Positions 63,388 to 64,000 of a DNA stretch of 64,000 bases are shown here, one piece after another (the first letter of the stretch is position 1; each line of letters opens with the position of its first letter). The notes under the pieces are model-generated. The model made no database searches, was not told where the DNA came from, and saw nothing but the letters and a program-made list of their open reading frames with translations. The DNA is from Blastocystis sp. Blastoise. Its lineage: Eukaryota > Protista > Bigyra: Opalinata. A program made the translations under genes and the position numbers. The stretch spans positions 186,001-250,000 of the forward strand of contig JBBPEB010000024.1 of the NCBI GenBank assembly GCA_039096225.1, in the 5' to 3' direction.

Positions 63388-64000
63388 ATGGAAAATTCAC
63401 AAATTCATTTTGTTTATACTTTTGGTTCCTTTAATCATGATAATTCAAAAGATAATCATAGTGAAATTATTATACCAAATCCATTACCATTTTATAAAAG
63501 TCTATTTACTAATTATCAAAATCCAAAAGAATTATTACATTATATTGATTGTACTCCTTGTAATACATCAACTAATTATAGAAGATTATGGTTTGATTTA
63601 GATTATCACCAAATATCTGATGATTTTTCTTTTCTAACAGATTCTTTTATTCATGAATTTATTGAAGAAATATGTAATCATTGTATTCATTATTATAATC
63701 AAGAATTTATTTCGCTTGTGTATACAAAGAAAGAAGTGAATAAGAAGACAGTTCATAATGAAATACATTATTCATGGGGAATTCATATATATACGAATTG
63801 GTTTGTAAATGGTGATTATTTATTTTTCTTATATAATAGTATGATTCTGAATACCAAATTGGTTGATTTATGTAAAACATATAATTTAGATATAAAAGAA
63901 TTCATTGATTATAATGTTATTGGTAAACCCAGAAAGAATAATGGTTGTATGTTTCTTGGTTGTAGTAAAGATAATTCTCCATCTACTTATAAATTATATG
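63388..64000 (+). CDS. AEP-superfamily primase (probable D5-like primase-helicase N-terminus), partial
   Basis: Open frame from ATG 63388 to the window end (missing from the ORF track). RLWFDLD (motif I), WGIHIY (motif II), FIDYNV (motif III), MFLGCSK..Y. Confidence 0.82.
   Translation, partial: MENSQIHFVYTFGSFNHDNSKDNHSEIIIPNPLPFYKSLFTNYQNPKELLHYIDCTPCNTSTNYRRLWFDLDYHQISDDFSFLTDSFIHEFIEEICNHCIHYYNQEFISLVYTKKEVNKKTVHNEIHYSWGIHIYTNWFVNGDYLFFLYNSMILNTKLVDLCKTYNLDIKEFIDYNVIGKPRKNNGCMFLGCSKDNSPSTYKLY

Larger units (their letters stand above)
55448..64000. mobile_element. Endogenous Polinton-like-virus/virophage-like element (left part; continues beyond the window)
   Basis: Compact intronless gene array: tyrosine recombinase, adenain-like protease, GxG-rich core-like protein, probable SSB and AEP primase, with shared intergenic motifs. 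Capsid and packaging ATPase genes are not seen in this window. Confidence 0.8.

Overview
Very AT-rich eukaryotic DNA with short GT-AG introns (20-60 nt, many built of (TA)n) and a recurring TGTTT(T)GTT motif downstream of genes. A Blastocystis-like gut protist is my inference, not a proven assignment. Positions 1-52 kb are mostly nested DNA transposons: two long-TIR DD34E Tc1/IS630 elements, each with a TIR interrupted by another element (PIF/Harbinger or hAT); an EnSpm/CACTA-type transposase; a Buster/Charlie-type hAT; decayed MULE, pogo and Crypton-type tyrosine-recombinase genes; MITEs; and diverged non-coding repeats. This part also holds a broken Nipped-B/Scc2 (PHD+HEAT) fragment, an all-phase-1 micro-exon gene and tRNA-Phe. 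From about 55.4 kb to the window end lies the left part of an intronless endogenous Polinton-like-virus/virophage-like element, encoding a tyrosine recombinase, an adenain-like protease, a GxG-site-rich core-like protein, a probable SSB and an AEP primase that runs off the window. Three features of this element stand out. (1) An apparent -1 ribosomal frameshift signal (A_AAA_AAC, 7-nt spacer, extended stem-loop) would fuse the core protein to the protease across an LRGG cleavage site, Gag-Pol style. (2) Long perfect heat-shock-element arrays sit in front of the recombinase, SSB and primase genes. (3) Its left boundary is the TIR of a host MITE family.
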